This document shows, piece by piece, positions 14,757-26,839 of a stretch of DNA of 64,000 nt. This DNA is from Octopus vulgaris. Taxonomy: Eukaryota. A program made the position numbers and the translations under genes. Each line of letters opens with the position of its first letter. The stretch's first letter is position 1. Under the pieces are notes generated by a model. The model was not told the origin of the DNA. It saw only the letters and a program-made list of their open reading frames with translations, and ran no database searches. The stretch covers positions 53,816,001-53,880,000 of the forward strand of contig OX597814.1 in the NCBI GenBank assembly GCA_951406725.2. Reading direction: 5' to 3'.

Positions 14757-15200
14757 TCATCATCATCATCATCATCATTTAATGTCCGCTTTCCATGCTG
14801 GCATGGGTTGGACAGTTTGACAGGAGCTGGCTAGGCAGAAGACTGCACCATGTTTCACTGTCTATTTTGGCATAGTTTTTATGGCTGGATGCCCTTCCTA
14901 ACACCAACCACTCCACAGAATGGACTGAGTGCTTTTTATGTGGCACCAGTACAGACGAGGTCAGTTTTGCCATGGTTTTAAACAGTTGGATGCCCTTCCA
15001 AACGCCAACCACTTTACAGTGTGGACTGGATGTTTTTTACACAGCATCAGCACTGGCAGGGTCACCAAGTAACTTGCAAGATAAAAATCCTTTGGGAGGG
15101 GATGGGGTATTGGGGGAGGTGATCTTGTGCCAGATGATGAAAGGTTAGAGTGTGACAGAAAAACAGAAACAGAAGTCTTATTGTAGAGGAGAAAGAATTC
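14757..15200 (-). mobile_element. RTE 3'UTR (second subfamily) with (GAT)n tail, inserted into an older SINE-like repeat
   Basis: Reverse complement matches 39690-40070. The host repeat (family D) resumes on both sides. Confidence 0.75.
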
Positions 15201-15984
15201 CATTCAAGACCATTTCATTATTTATTTACTTATTTATTTCAGACAAGTGTGTCTAGGACTACATTATCCAAGAAGAACAAAAAGTAAATTTTACCTCAGT
15301 GGGATATGAACTCAGAATGTAAAAAAACATAACTAAATATCACAGGCATTTTGTCAGCCACTCAAATAAATATATCAATCGCCTACCCATGGATCTATCA
15401 GTTCTCACATTGAGTGTTCCAGTTGTTCATTCAAGAGAACAACCTACTGACTGGAGGACAAGTGTTCCTCTGACACATGTACACCGAAAGATAGAATCTA
15501 GATGATACAGTGTGTGATAATTCTGACTTTTTGAAATACAAGTCCAGTCAAAGCAACAGGTTTCCATAGTTTCTATCTACCCAATTTCCCATACAAAGCT
15601 TGGGTTGACCCAAGACTATATCAAAAGAAACTTGTTCAATATGTCACACAGTGAGATCAAAAGTGGAACCTCATAATTGCAAAGCAAACTTCTTAATCAC
15701 CCTGCATACCCGTGTCCATACACCTATGACAGCACAGATACTGTGTCAACAAGCATCTCCAAATATATACAGTGAGGTGGCTATTTTGACAAAGGAAAAT
15801 ACAAGGAAGATGAATAGAAGATATGATAAAATAAAAACAATGGTATTTCACTGATATGAATGCCTTATCTGTTTCATTAACCTCACAAGTAGAGATCAAA
15901 GTGTATGAAGAAACTATATTTACACTACACAAACACACAGAATAAAACGATAAGTATATAAACAATTTGAAATATATAGACATT

Positions 15985-16763
15985 TGAAGCAAGTATATAG
16001 ACGCATTTTCCACTGTTCAAAGCAGTACTGGAACTCTTGCAAAGTGATGCCTTTTAACACCTCTGTTGTTTTTCTCTTCACTTCTTCCACATTTGCAAAT
16101 TCCATAGCACTAGCTTTCGTTATCAGTTATGACCTTCGAAAAAAAGGTCCAGATCAACTTCCAACTGTTCTTTCAGTTCACAAAACGCATTCAGTTGTGA
16201 CTACTTTTGATCTTCTGTGAGCAGGCGAGGCACAAATTTTGCTGCAACACTTTGTATTCATAATTCCTCACTCAAAATTTGTTGGCAAGAGCTCCAGGAC
16301 ACACCAGTCATATCAACAAGTTTGTCAAGTGTTCGGTGATGGTCCTCCAAGATCAGTTCATGAATATTCATGATGTTTTCATTTGTTTGGAAGGCCGACA
16401 GACGTCCTGAATGAGGTTGGTCCTCAAGAGACAAGTGACCATTCATAAAGCATGAAAACTATTTGTAAGCTTGTATTTTGCTCATGGCTGTGTCCCTGTA
16501 AGCTGTTTGAAGCATGACAACTGTTTCAGCCCCCATTTTCCCCAGCAGAAAACAGAATTTCATGTTCCTTCGTTTCAGCCATAGCAAAAATTGATGAACA
16601 GGGGAGAAACACTGCACCACGTGATAGAACAACTTCACTTGATGATGCCAGTCAGTATACTAATGCCTGAGGGTCACGTCAAGTGGCTTCTAGTGGCAGA
16701 AGCCTGAACTGCAATGGGTTTGTCCCACAGAAAACATTTCCAGCTACTTTTGGTACCCCCTTG
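15985..16763 (-). mobile_element. Mariner transposon relic, internally deleted
   Basis: N-terminal HTH region MKFCFLLGK..AETVVMLQTAY...LEDQPHSGR...VAAKFVPRLLTEDQK joined to C-terminal FANVEEVKRKTTEVLKGITLQEFQYCFEQWK. TIR CAAGGGGGTACCAAAAGTAG with TA at 16764-16765. Confidence 0.9.
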
Positions 16764-17567
16764 TATGTATATTTTAAATAGTGACTACACAATAGAAAAC
16801 AATAATTACAGAATTGTTGCCTATGTGCAAAGCTGAATATACAGAGAAAAAAAGACATCCCAAATATACTTTGGATACTTGCTTAATCATTTAGGAAGAT
16901 GAGAAAGGAAATATCTAAATCTTTTAATTTGGTATAATCATTTTTAAAAATATGATTTAGAGACCACATGAGATTTAAAATAACCAAACATAATCAAACT
17001 GCTTTGTTTTAAATTAAACTGAAGAAGCCACACACACACACACAGACATATCTATAAATATAATTGTGACTATTAGGCAGCCATTTTCAGGTGCCTGTAA
17101 ATAAACACTGAGACTCAACACACTACACCTGATACTCTATATTCTCAGTACATGTAAATATGTAAACAGTTTTCTATGATGTGAAAGGAGGAGCAAATTT
17201 TAAGTAAATATATGACTAAAATACAGACAAAATGAATTGAAAGATAAATAGTTAAGAAAATATATGCAACAGTAGACAGTACTAATGAAGAGGGAACAAG
17301 AGGAGAACAAAGAGACAAGAAAAAAAAACATAACCATGACAGACGTGAATAACAAAAGCTAATATCATTTAAAAAGAACAATGGATAGCAGAAGTAGTAG
17401 TGCCAAACAAAATGCCTTGAAGTAATTCAGTTATAATCTTTACATTCTGAGTTTATATCTCAGCAAGACTGACTTTCCAAAATCTGTGAGACCTTGACAA
17501 TATATAACAGCAAGTACATAACAACCTAACATCTTTCTACAGCACTAAAATACAATCACTACACATA

Positions 17568-17781
17568 TAAGGGGGTGCTGAAAAGTTCTTGGTTTTAGGT
17601 AAAAGAAAATACAGGAGGATCAGTTAATTATGATTTTATTCAACATATTCCCCTCTCTGATTCACACACTTATTGCAGTGGCCCTTCAATTTTTCTAAGC
17701 CCCATAAAAAAACTCAGATCAGGCCTCCAACCAGGCCTTTCATGACACCCTTATAGTTAGGAACTTTTCAGCATCCCCTTG
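17568..17781. mobile_element. Mariner-type MITE (214 bp)
   Basis: TIRs TAAGGGGGTGCTGAAAAGTTCTT / AGGAACTTTTCAGCATCCCCTTG, with TA on both sides. Confidence 0.85.
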
Positions 17782-20700
17782 TACCAAGGAAATGATCATA
17801 TAACACAACACCCCTCTTACACAAAACTCAATACAAGCTTAAACCCTCGTGCTTTATCCAAATGCTAAACCTCACAATCTCTGATAATCTCAAATGGTAA
17901 CTACACACATAACATTCATAAAACTGAATCCCAAAGACAAGGCTGCTTCTTCAAAACCAGAAAAATACCTCAGTATTTCAAGTTACTGGCCCTCTACAAA
18001 GCATGAGAGTAGCCCACATTAGAATACTGCTGGCAGATCAGGGACAATATTTCACACACACACACACACACACAGCTAGATTGCATTATTCTTGTCCAGA
18101 ATCACAGCTCTCTGTGTTCTTGTTCACATCTTCCCTATAAACATCACCCTAAAGAAGTTCTAAATAAAACAAGATTGCTATTGAAAAGCTAAATTGACCT
18201 GGCAGGTTTTCAGCTCAAAACAAAAGGGCTTCAATCACAGAATACTGCAAAGCATTATCTCTAATCTTTTAGTCAACTCTAACCTTACATCATAAGATGA
18301 TTGTCTTGCTGGTGGTTATGTTAACAAAGAGAAAAAACTTTTTGACAAGTTGCAAAATTAATAACGACTTCAAGTTTTAGCACAAAGCCAGCAAGTTTGA
18401 TGGCGGAAAGGGTAAGTTGATTACACATCAACTCTAGTGCTCAACTGATACTGATTTTATCAACCCCAAAAGGATGAAAGGCAGAGTCAACTTTGGTGGA
18501 GTTTGAACCCAGAGCATAAAGATGGACAAAATGCTGCTAAGCATTTTGCCTGGAGTGCTAATGATTCTGCAAGCTCACAGCCTTACTCTCAAAACTAATA
18601 ACAATACTTTATGGTCTTTTATTCTTTACTAGTTCAGTCATTGGACTGATGCCATACTAGAGGGTACACCAACATATGTATGCTAGACAAAAAAGAACTA
18701 ACAAAAGAATGTTAAAAAAATAAGAGCACTAGTGTAAAAGAGCAACACACACACAAAAAAAAACATTCAGTAACAGAAAATTCAAAACTTTTTAAGTTAA
18801 ACAATTATTCTTTAATTTAAGAGAACAATATAGAATATTTCTTTCAATATTGTTCCAATAGTGAGGATATTAAATTGTATTGTAGATTAAATTATATTAT
18901 TTCTCAACAATCACTTTACACTTCAGTTAAACGTGTAAAAGGAGATGACTAGATTGATATACATGTAAAATAAAACAAAACATTTATTTACCAATGCCAA
19001 TACATAAACTGTCAAAGAGCATACTTAAAAGAACATATATTTGATGTCTAGAAACCATGAAATATCTCAAACATTCATTTCTGTAAGATATACTTTTCAG
19101 GAAATTCAGACAGTGCAATCCATTATCCTCCCTTCTTCACTCATCTCCACTAACATGTATATAACTTCTATATGTTTCTTTTGTAGTTCCAATACTTGGA
19201 GCTATTTTAAGGATTTTTATCAAATCAATGGATGAAGCCAATCCCAAATTTGTGCAGTCTCCTCTTCTGAAAACTCAATTCCATTCTTACACAATAACAG
19301 AAACTTTCAACAATTCTTGACTTATTGATGAATTCAAATTTTGTCACAGTCAACTTTGCCTTTCATCCTATTTATCCAATAAAATAAAGAACCAGTTGAC
19401 AAACTCCACTCCCCCAAATTTCAGGCCTTGTACCTTTATTAATATTGATGAGAAAAAACTGCTATTAGGTCAGCATAAAAATCTATGTGGCAAAAATAAT
19501 TAGCAGCATCAATTTGAAAATAAGCATTACTAATGATGTAATGCCATTCAGTCTCTTGTAATAGCACTCATTAGTCATTTTTGTTTTTGTCAGTTCCTTT
19601 GTTTGATATACATACCTTAGCTCACTATACTTTCAAGGGTATAGTTGATTTAATCAATCAGGGTACTTGTAAACTGCTACTCATTTTAACAACCCCAGAA
19701 ATATAAAGGCAACCAGATTTGAACTCAAAATGTAAATTAACATCACTAAACACTGTAAGATACTGTCCACTAAATTACTAGTGATCTACTTCCATAGAAA
19801 CAATTTAAAGTCAGAAGATGGAGTAGGGAAGAACATCTGTTGAAAGGCACTTTGTCTGGCTCCCAAATATATTTCAACTGTTCTAATAATAGCATTCTTC
19901 TTTGTAGTTTTGTTTACATAACATTAACTGTGTCATGGAATTTGATATTAGTATCAAAAATGATGACAATACCATGAATTTGACAAGGATAATGCCAATT
20001 TATAATTCAATTTATAATTCAGTTTATAATTCAATGAGATGTTCTTTGTGAATATCAAATTATATTATTTTTCTAAATAATACATTATATCTGAAAAGGA
20101 AAAGAAAGAAATTTTTTTACAAAAAATAAAGGAAATAACATCCCCAATAGATTTTCTGCATGTCTAAGCAGATAAAGTCTTGATTTCTCAACTGGAGATA
20201 TGCAATTTTATATCCCATCAGTGGTAAGAGTATCATGTACCATTAACAAAACATCAAATATTTACACTATCACTTTCTAGCAGATGAAACAAGAAGAAAC
20301 ATTGAATCTTAGTGCAAGGCACTGAATTTTCCAACTTCATTTCACTGACAGTAGACCAGATAAGAATAGAAAAGGGAGCATTCCAGTTTGGTGATCTTTG
20401 GAATGGGATGTTTGGAATAGGATTTACAAAATGAAGGAATATAAAGAGCAGATTGCAACAGACAGCTTCTAATGAGGTTGAAATGCAACCAATAAGATTT
20501 CAAGTGCAGAGTCCAGTACAGAAACAGAAGAGGTACAGAGCCAAATTATCTTAAGTATAGGCCTGAAACTGAAGGTGTCTGAAGCAGAAGTATTTAGCTC
20601 ACTGTTAATAGACATAAAACACAGTTCAATATCTATTTACTGTGTTTCTCCATCCCACACTTATGTTCAATATCTAACCAGTTGGGACCTACAAACTACA

Positions 20701-20944
20701 AACAGGTTATAGCTTGAAAAAGAAACATCAAGAGGCCATGACATACTTAACTCAGGATTGATCTTACTCCTGGTAGAATGTAACCTTAGATATCCACATT
20801 ATTTCAATAAGCCATCAAGTGCTCAAAACCCTTCTGATAAGCTTCTCTGTTCCTAAGAGGCAAACTATCTTTTATCCATTTGTCTATTTCATCATTTACA
20901 GTCCCCATTGCACCAACTATCATTGGCACAATCTTTATAATTAT

Positions 20945-21368
20945 CATTATTTGACATTTAATAGTTTCAAGCAAATTTCTACTGCATCACCTGCTACACT
21001 TCCATGTTACTGAGGTGTGTGCTGCATAATGTGTTTTTTTTTGGGTGGGGGGATATAAACTCATCCCAGTTTTATATTGCATGTTTGTTTTGTTAAGGGG
21101 TTTGGCTGCAGTCCTTTTTTTGTATTCATATTGTATTGTGTGTTGTGCATGTAATGCAAGTTGTGTCCTTCTGTTTAGTATCCAACCTGTAGAGTACATG
21201 TTGTGAGGGTTGTTTATTTTATTGGATATTTGCTGTATAAAGTGAGTTTTGGGATTGTTTTATTTGGGTTGTACTACTGAATTGATAGTGTCTTACATAG
21301 GATATGGGCTGTTCCTAGCAGGGCTATTTTTTGGATAGTGTGTAGGGTTGAAGGTCTGAGTATAGTTT
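20945..21368 (-). mobile_element. R4/Dong-like (RLE-type) non-LTR retrotransposon 3' fragment
   Basis: TLHTIQKIALLGTAHILCKTLSIQ* matches the QKxxLLGTAxILRxxL C-terminus of R4/Dong ORFs. It abuts a (TAA)n tract at 21371-21400, the known Dong target. Confidence 0.7.
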
Positions 21369-21498
21369 CTAATTATTATTATTATTACGATTATTATTTA
21401 CATTCCATAAATCAAACAAATTAAAGCTTTTAAACTTGAAGAAATGTTGAATCAAGAGACAAAAAGAGTACATTAAATAAGTGAAAATGTCAACTTAC

Positions 21499-21889
21499 GG
21501 TAAATCTTGCACGTTGTTCCATAGTTTCATATCCGATAATTGGTACCTGTACTGGAATATTGGAATAAGCTGAAGTATAAAATTCTCCATCCTCGGTGTA
21601 AGAAATATTTACCCTTTGTTTGTCCAAGGAATCTATAGAACTCTGACTAACACTTCTACTGTTCTTAGTTCTTGTGGAACTTGGACTAACAGGGGTTGAA
21701 GAATCAATGTTCTTTGCATCATTGCTCAATTTGGAATCTTCCATGACTTCTTCTGCAGAATCTAAGTCTCCTTCAGCATATTGCACTTTGCTTCTATCTA
21801 GTAAATACACTTTGGAACTACTAGGTTTCACAACATTTATATTTTTATCCAGTCCAAATTCTTTCTCCATGCTTTGTTCTGGTGACACT
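21499..21889 (-). CDS. SNX16: Coding exon of a sorting nexin 16-like gene: Ser-rich N-terminal region and first strand of the PX domain
   Basis: Open frame ...VSPEQSMEKEFGLDK...NIPVQVPIIGYETMEQRARFT resembles the SNX16 motif PTILGYEVMEERAKFT (recalled). Acceptor ttttctcttttattccag|A at 21890/21889 and phase-0 donor ACC|gtaagt at 21499/21498. ATG at 21870 gives 124 codons to the donor. Confidence 0.85.
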
Positions 21890-23634
21890 CTGGAATAAAA
21901 GAGAAAAGAAAACTTGTAATTATGACAAAAGAAGAATGAATGTTTCAGTAAGAGAGTCAATATAAATATCTTGAGAAAAAAAAGGGGAAAAAATGATATA
22001 ACAAAGGAGAAAGAATGATGTCACATAATCTAAATGTTACTATTTCCAAATACTTATCTCCACCGAGATACTAGTTCTAAAAATTCCCCCTAGCCAAGGT
22101 GGTAGATGAAGTAATATTCCCAAGGTCCTTAACTTTCTCATAGCAGAAATAATAAGAAGCTTGGCTGAAGAGAGAAAAAGTGAAGAGAAAGAAAAATACT
22201 CTCTTCTACCCTCCTTCCACATTGGCATACACTTTAATCAGTCAGTCTTTCACACCAAAATAGTCTACTTTTTCTTCTACATTCAGTTCAACTCTTTCAT
22301 TTTAATGTCTCTCATTAACTTTTCTTTCATCTTTGTTGATTCGCTTTGTCCTGTGTTAATTCATTCAATATATAGTGAGAAGACAAACCATGTGCTTAAT
22401 TAGTTTGCAGTACTGAAATAAATAACGTACAATGATTTGAAGTTCTTCAAGAGGAGTGACTTAATTTGATAATGTGAAAACGTATTTTGTAGAGAAACAA
22501 CAGCAAAAACAATATGATATTGAATGGTCAAGTTTCAATGATAAAATTTTCAATATTCTCTGACAAAGGCCTACCTCTTGGCACTGCATTAACATCATCA
22601 GCAACTTTGAACAGAATTCCCAAAGTTGTCATAATGGGACTAATAGCATGCTAAGTTAACAGTAGAAGAATGGTAGGTTAACTATTAGCTGTAGTAGAAA
22701 CTCTTTCTCTCTTCCACTACACCACAAGAATTCCAAGAACAGCAAAGTAAAGAACAAACAACAAAATAAGCCTGAATAGAATATAAGTAGGTATATCTGC
22801 ATGTCTGTGTAGAAATACATTCACACACACACACACACACATATAAACAATGAAAGATATGTAAGAGTGTAGCAAGTTGGTGATGGAATTAATTATATAG
22901 TGTAGGTACTGTTGCTGTTTTAGCTGTTCTTGCTTTTCTGAAAATAGACATCAGAAACCAGATAAAAGAAGGAGGGAGGGAGGGAGAGAAGGAGGATGAA
23001 CCTATTTAACTTATTAATACTTCCTGACATCTCAGAAGTCCTGTGGTACTCATAGATTTTAAACACACACAAACACACACATATATATGTGTGACAGATT
23101 GAAGTGAAATATTAAATAGTTTTTAGATCACTGTCTTTTTTTGTTTTGTTTGAACTTATTCAGTTACTAAAGCACAGTAATATTATATTAGGCACAAGGT
23201 GGCAAGCTGGCAGAAACTTTAGCACACCAGGCAAAATGCTTAGCAGCATTTCATTTGTCTTTACAGTCTTGAGTTCAAATTCCACCCAGGTCAAATTGCC
23301 TTTCATCCTTTTGGAGTCAATAAAATAAGTACCAGTTAAGTACTGGGGTTGATGTAAATGACTTACCCACTTCTCCAAAAATGCTGGCCTTGTGCCAAAA
23401 TTTGAAACTGATATTACACCAGGCATATGCATTAACACTTCAGTTTATATGAACTTCATTATACAATTCATCCTCATCCTTACCAAACAGAAAACCCAGT
23501 TTCCTTCTCTCCCACTTCACATCAAGATTATTCATGCTCTAATTCAATAATGATGTCCAAGAGTGTCACTGGATGTATCAATGGTGATATTTGTGTTTAA
23601 ACTAGAAATCTGCATTTGTCGATGTTACTACTGC

Positions 23635-23850
23635 TGTTGTTTAAACATAGGTCAGCACTGATTCAAGAAGACCTATGATCAAAGTTGTTCCAGCTGCAAA
23701 CATTCCAAACCATATTTGTTTTTTTAGATGGTGTATCTAAAACTATCTTATCTAAACATGTCCTTCTGGTTCTTAAGACAATAGTATGTGATTTAAGGGA
23801 GATCTGACTGTCATTTCTATTAGGTTAAAAAGCTCCCTTGTTGGCTTCAT
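23635..23850 (-). mobile_element. Older SINE-like repeat, family D. Also at ~2025-2215, 2570-2712, 5570-5735, 27855-27985, 28870-29310, and 46680-46870 (reverse)
   Basis: Shared AGACCTATGATCAAAG...ACTACATTATC...GTGTGATTTGxGGGAGATTTGGCTGCTATTTCTAGCAG blocks. Confidence 0.65.
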
Positions 23851-24072
23851 ACATTTTTCTTGTGTTGGTTCCAACAACCTCTCCATATCATTCACTCTAA
23901 GCAGAAGAACTCTCATCCATACAAAAAAGCATAGTTGCAATGAACAAAGAAGAAACTGTATGCAGCTTCAGGTGATATGCCAATATTTGCAACAAAGTGA
24001 TGCTGAACAGCTTATGAACAAGAAAGTAGTAGCATTAGGGTATCATCTTCATTAACAGCTACATTGACCAAA

Positions 24073-26839
24073 ATCATCATCATCATCATTTAACGTCCGC
24101 TTTCCATGCTAGCATGGGTTGGACGGTTCAACTGGGGTCTGGGGAGCCCGAAGGCTGCACCAGGCCAGTCAGATCTGGCAGTGTTTCTACAGCTGGATGC
24201 CCTTCCTAACCCCAACCACTCCGAGAGTGTAGTGGGTGATTTTATGTGCCACCGACACAGGTGCCAGACGAGGTTGGCGAACGGCCACGCTCGGATGGTG
24301 TTTTTATGTGCCACCGACACAGGTGCCAGACGAGGCTGGCGAACAGCCACGCTCGGATGGTGTTTTTATGTGCCACCGACACAGGTGTCAGACGAGGCTG
24401 ACGAACGGCCACGATCGGATGGTGTTTCTTACGTGCCCACAGCACGGAGGCCAGTCGATGCGGTACTGGCTACGGCCACGTTCGGATGGTTTTCTTGTGT
24501 GCCACCACAAAGATACAAATTCCATTGATGTTCATCTATTTTGATTTGATTTGATTTGATTTTCACTTGCCTCAACAGGTCTTCACAAGTGTCACAAGAA
24601 GGAAGGAAGGTATGCACAGGTGAACTGACAACGTCCCAGGTAGGGGCCACAGGTTATGGCCTGACTAGTCTTGCCGGGTCTTCGGATGATGTTTTTATGT
24701 GCCTCCGACACAGGTGCCAGATGGATGGTGTTTGTTACGTGCCCACAGCACGGAGGCCAGTCGATGCGGTACTGGCTACGGCCACGTTCGGATGGTTTTC
24801 TTGTGTGCCACGGCACTGGTACCACAAAGATACAAATTCCATTGATGTTCATCTATTTTGATTTGATTTGATTTGATCACTTGTCTCAACAGGTCTTCAC
24901 AAGTGTCACAAGAAGGAAGGTATGCACAGGTGGACTGACTACGTCCCAGGTAGAGGCCACAGGTTATGGCCTGACTAGTCTTGCCGGGTCTTCGAATGGT
25001 GTTTTTATGTGCCACCGACACAGGTGCCAGATGAGGCTGTCGAACGGCCACGATCGGATGGTGTTTGTTATGAGCCCACAGCACAGAGGCCAGTCGATGC
25101 GGTACTGGCTACGGCCATGTTCGGATGGTTATCTTGTGTGCCACCGGCCCTGGTACCACAAAGATACAAATTCCATTGATGTTCATCTATTTTGATTTGT
25201 TTTGATTTGATCACTTGTCTCAACAGCTCTTCACAAGTGTCACAAGAAGGAAGGTATGCACAGGCGGACTGACTACGTCCCAGGTAGGGGCCACGGGTTA
25301 TGGCCTGACTAGTCTTGCCGGGTCTTCAGATGGTGTTATGTGCCACCGACACAGGTGCCTGATGAGGCTGGCGAACAGACATGATCGGATGGTGTTTGTT
25401 ACGTGCCCACAGCACGGAGGCCAGTCGATGCGGTACTGGCTACGGCCACGTTCGGATGGTTTTCTTGTGTGCCACCGGCACTGGTACCATAAAGATACAA
25501 ATTCCATTGATGTTCATCTATTTTATTTTGATTTTCACTTTCACTTGCCTCAAAAGGTCTTCACAAGTGTCACAAGAAGGAAGGTATGCACAGGTGGACT
25601 GACTACGTCCCAGGTTGGGGCCACGGATTATGGCCTGACTAGTCTTGCCGGGTCTTCGGATGGTGTTTTTATGTGCCACTGACACAAGTGCCTAGTCTTG
25701 CCGGGTCTTCGGATGGTGTTTTTATGTGCCACCGACACAGGTGCCGGATGAGGCTGGCGAACGGCCACGATCGGATGGTGTTTGTTACGTGCCCACAGCA
25801 CGGAGGCCAGTCGATGCAGTACTGGCTACGGCCACGTTCGGATGGTTTTCTTGTGTGCCACCGGCACTGGTACCACAAAGATACAAATTCCATTGATATT
25901 CATCTATTTTGATTTGTTTTGATTTTCACTTGCCTCAACAGGTCTTCACAAGTGTCACAAGAAGGGAGGTATGCACAGGTGGACTGACTACGTCCCAGGT
26001 AGGGGCCACGGGTTATGGCCTGACTAGTCTTGCCGGGTCTTCGGATGGTGTCTTTATGTGCCACCGACACAGGTGCCAGATGAGGCTGGTGAACGGCCAT
26101 GATCGGATGGTGTTTGCTATGTGCCCACAGCACGAAGGCCAGTCGATGCGGTACTGGCTACGGCCACGTTCGGATGGTTTTCTTGTGTGCCACCGGCACT
26201 GGTAACAAAGATACATTGATGATCATCTATTTTATTTTGATTTTCACTTTCACTTGCCTCAACAGGTCTTCACAAGTGTCACAAGGAAGGTATGCACAGG
26301 TGGACTGACTACGTCCCAGGTAGGGGCCACGGGTTATGGCCTGACTATTCTTGCCGGGTCTTCTCACGCACAGCATACTTCCATAGGTCTCGGTCTCTAG
26401 TCATTTCCTTGGTGAGACCTAAAGTTCGAAGGTCGTGCTTCACCACCTCGTCCCAGGTTTTCCTGGGTCTACCTCTTCCACAGGTTCCCTCAACTGCTAG
26501 GGTGTAGCACTTTTGCTCACAACTATCTACAGCCATTCTCGTCACATGACCATACCAGCGCAGCCATCTCTCTTGCACACCACAATTGACGCTTCTTAGG
26601 TTCAACTTTTCTCTCAAGGTACTTACACTCTGACGATTATGAACACTGACATTACACATCCATCGGAGCATACTGGCTTCATTTCTTGCAAGCTTACGCA
26701 TATCCTCAGCAGTCACGGCCCATGTTTCACTACCATGTAGCATGGCTGTACGTACACATGCATCATACAGTCTGCCTTTTACTCTGAGCGAGAGGCCTTT
26801 TGTCATCAGCAGGGGCAAGAGCTCTCTAAACTTTGCCCA
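24073..26839 (-). mobile_element. Young 5'-truncated RTE LINE with tandemly amplified 3' end and (GAT)n tail
   Basis: Uninterrupted ORF end 26345-26839 (WAKFRELLPLL...LHGSETW...LRWYGHV...GRGRPRKTWDEVV...REKTRQE*), followed by 3'UTR and tail at 24073-24089. Confidence 0.95.
24355..26363 (-). repeat. Tandem array of six ~310-334 bp units derived from the RTE ORF end plus 3'UTR
   Basis: Landmark cttgccgggtcttc ends at 24683, 24993, 25327, 25657, (25710), 26042 and 26363. Confidence 0.95.

Noticed and set aside
21674-21898. Plus-strand 74-aa ORF
   Set aside because: It is the antisense shadow of the SNX16 exon.
22576-22688. Possible cassette exon (ctacag|CTAATAG...CCAAGAG|gtaggc) on the minus strand
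   Set aside because: The splice signals are modest, and the frame compatible with the SNX16 exon contains stops. It is unsupported without RNA data.
24684-24993. Hammerhead or HDV-like ribozyme in the 330-bp unit
   Set aside because: I found no CUGANGA...GAAA core with correct stems and no HDV nested pseudoknot by eye, only simple hairpins. A covariance-model search is still needed.
24090-26308. Cluster of Cys/Arg/Trp-rich ORFs
   Set aside because: These are translations of the GC-richer non-coding RTE 3'UTR array in several frames on both strands.
24235-26363. CRISPR-like look of the repeated palindromic motifs
   Set aside because: The intervening sequences are themselves repeats rather than unique spacers. 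There are no cas genes, and the context is a eukaryotic LINE 3'UTR.
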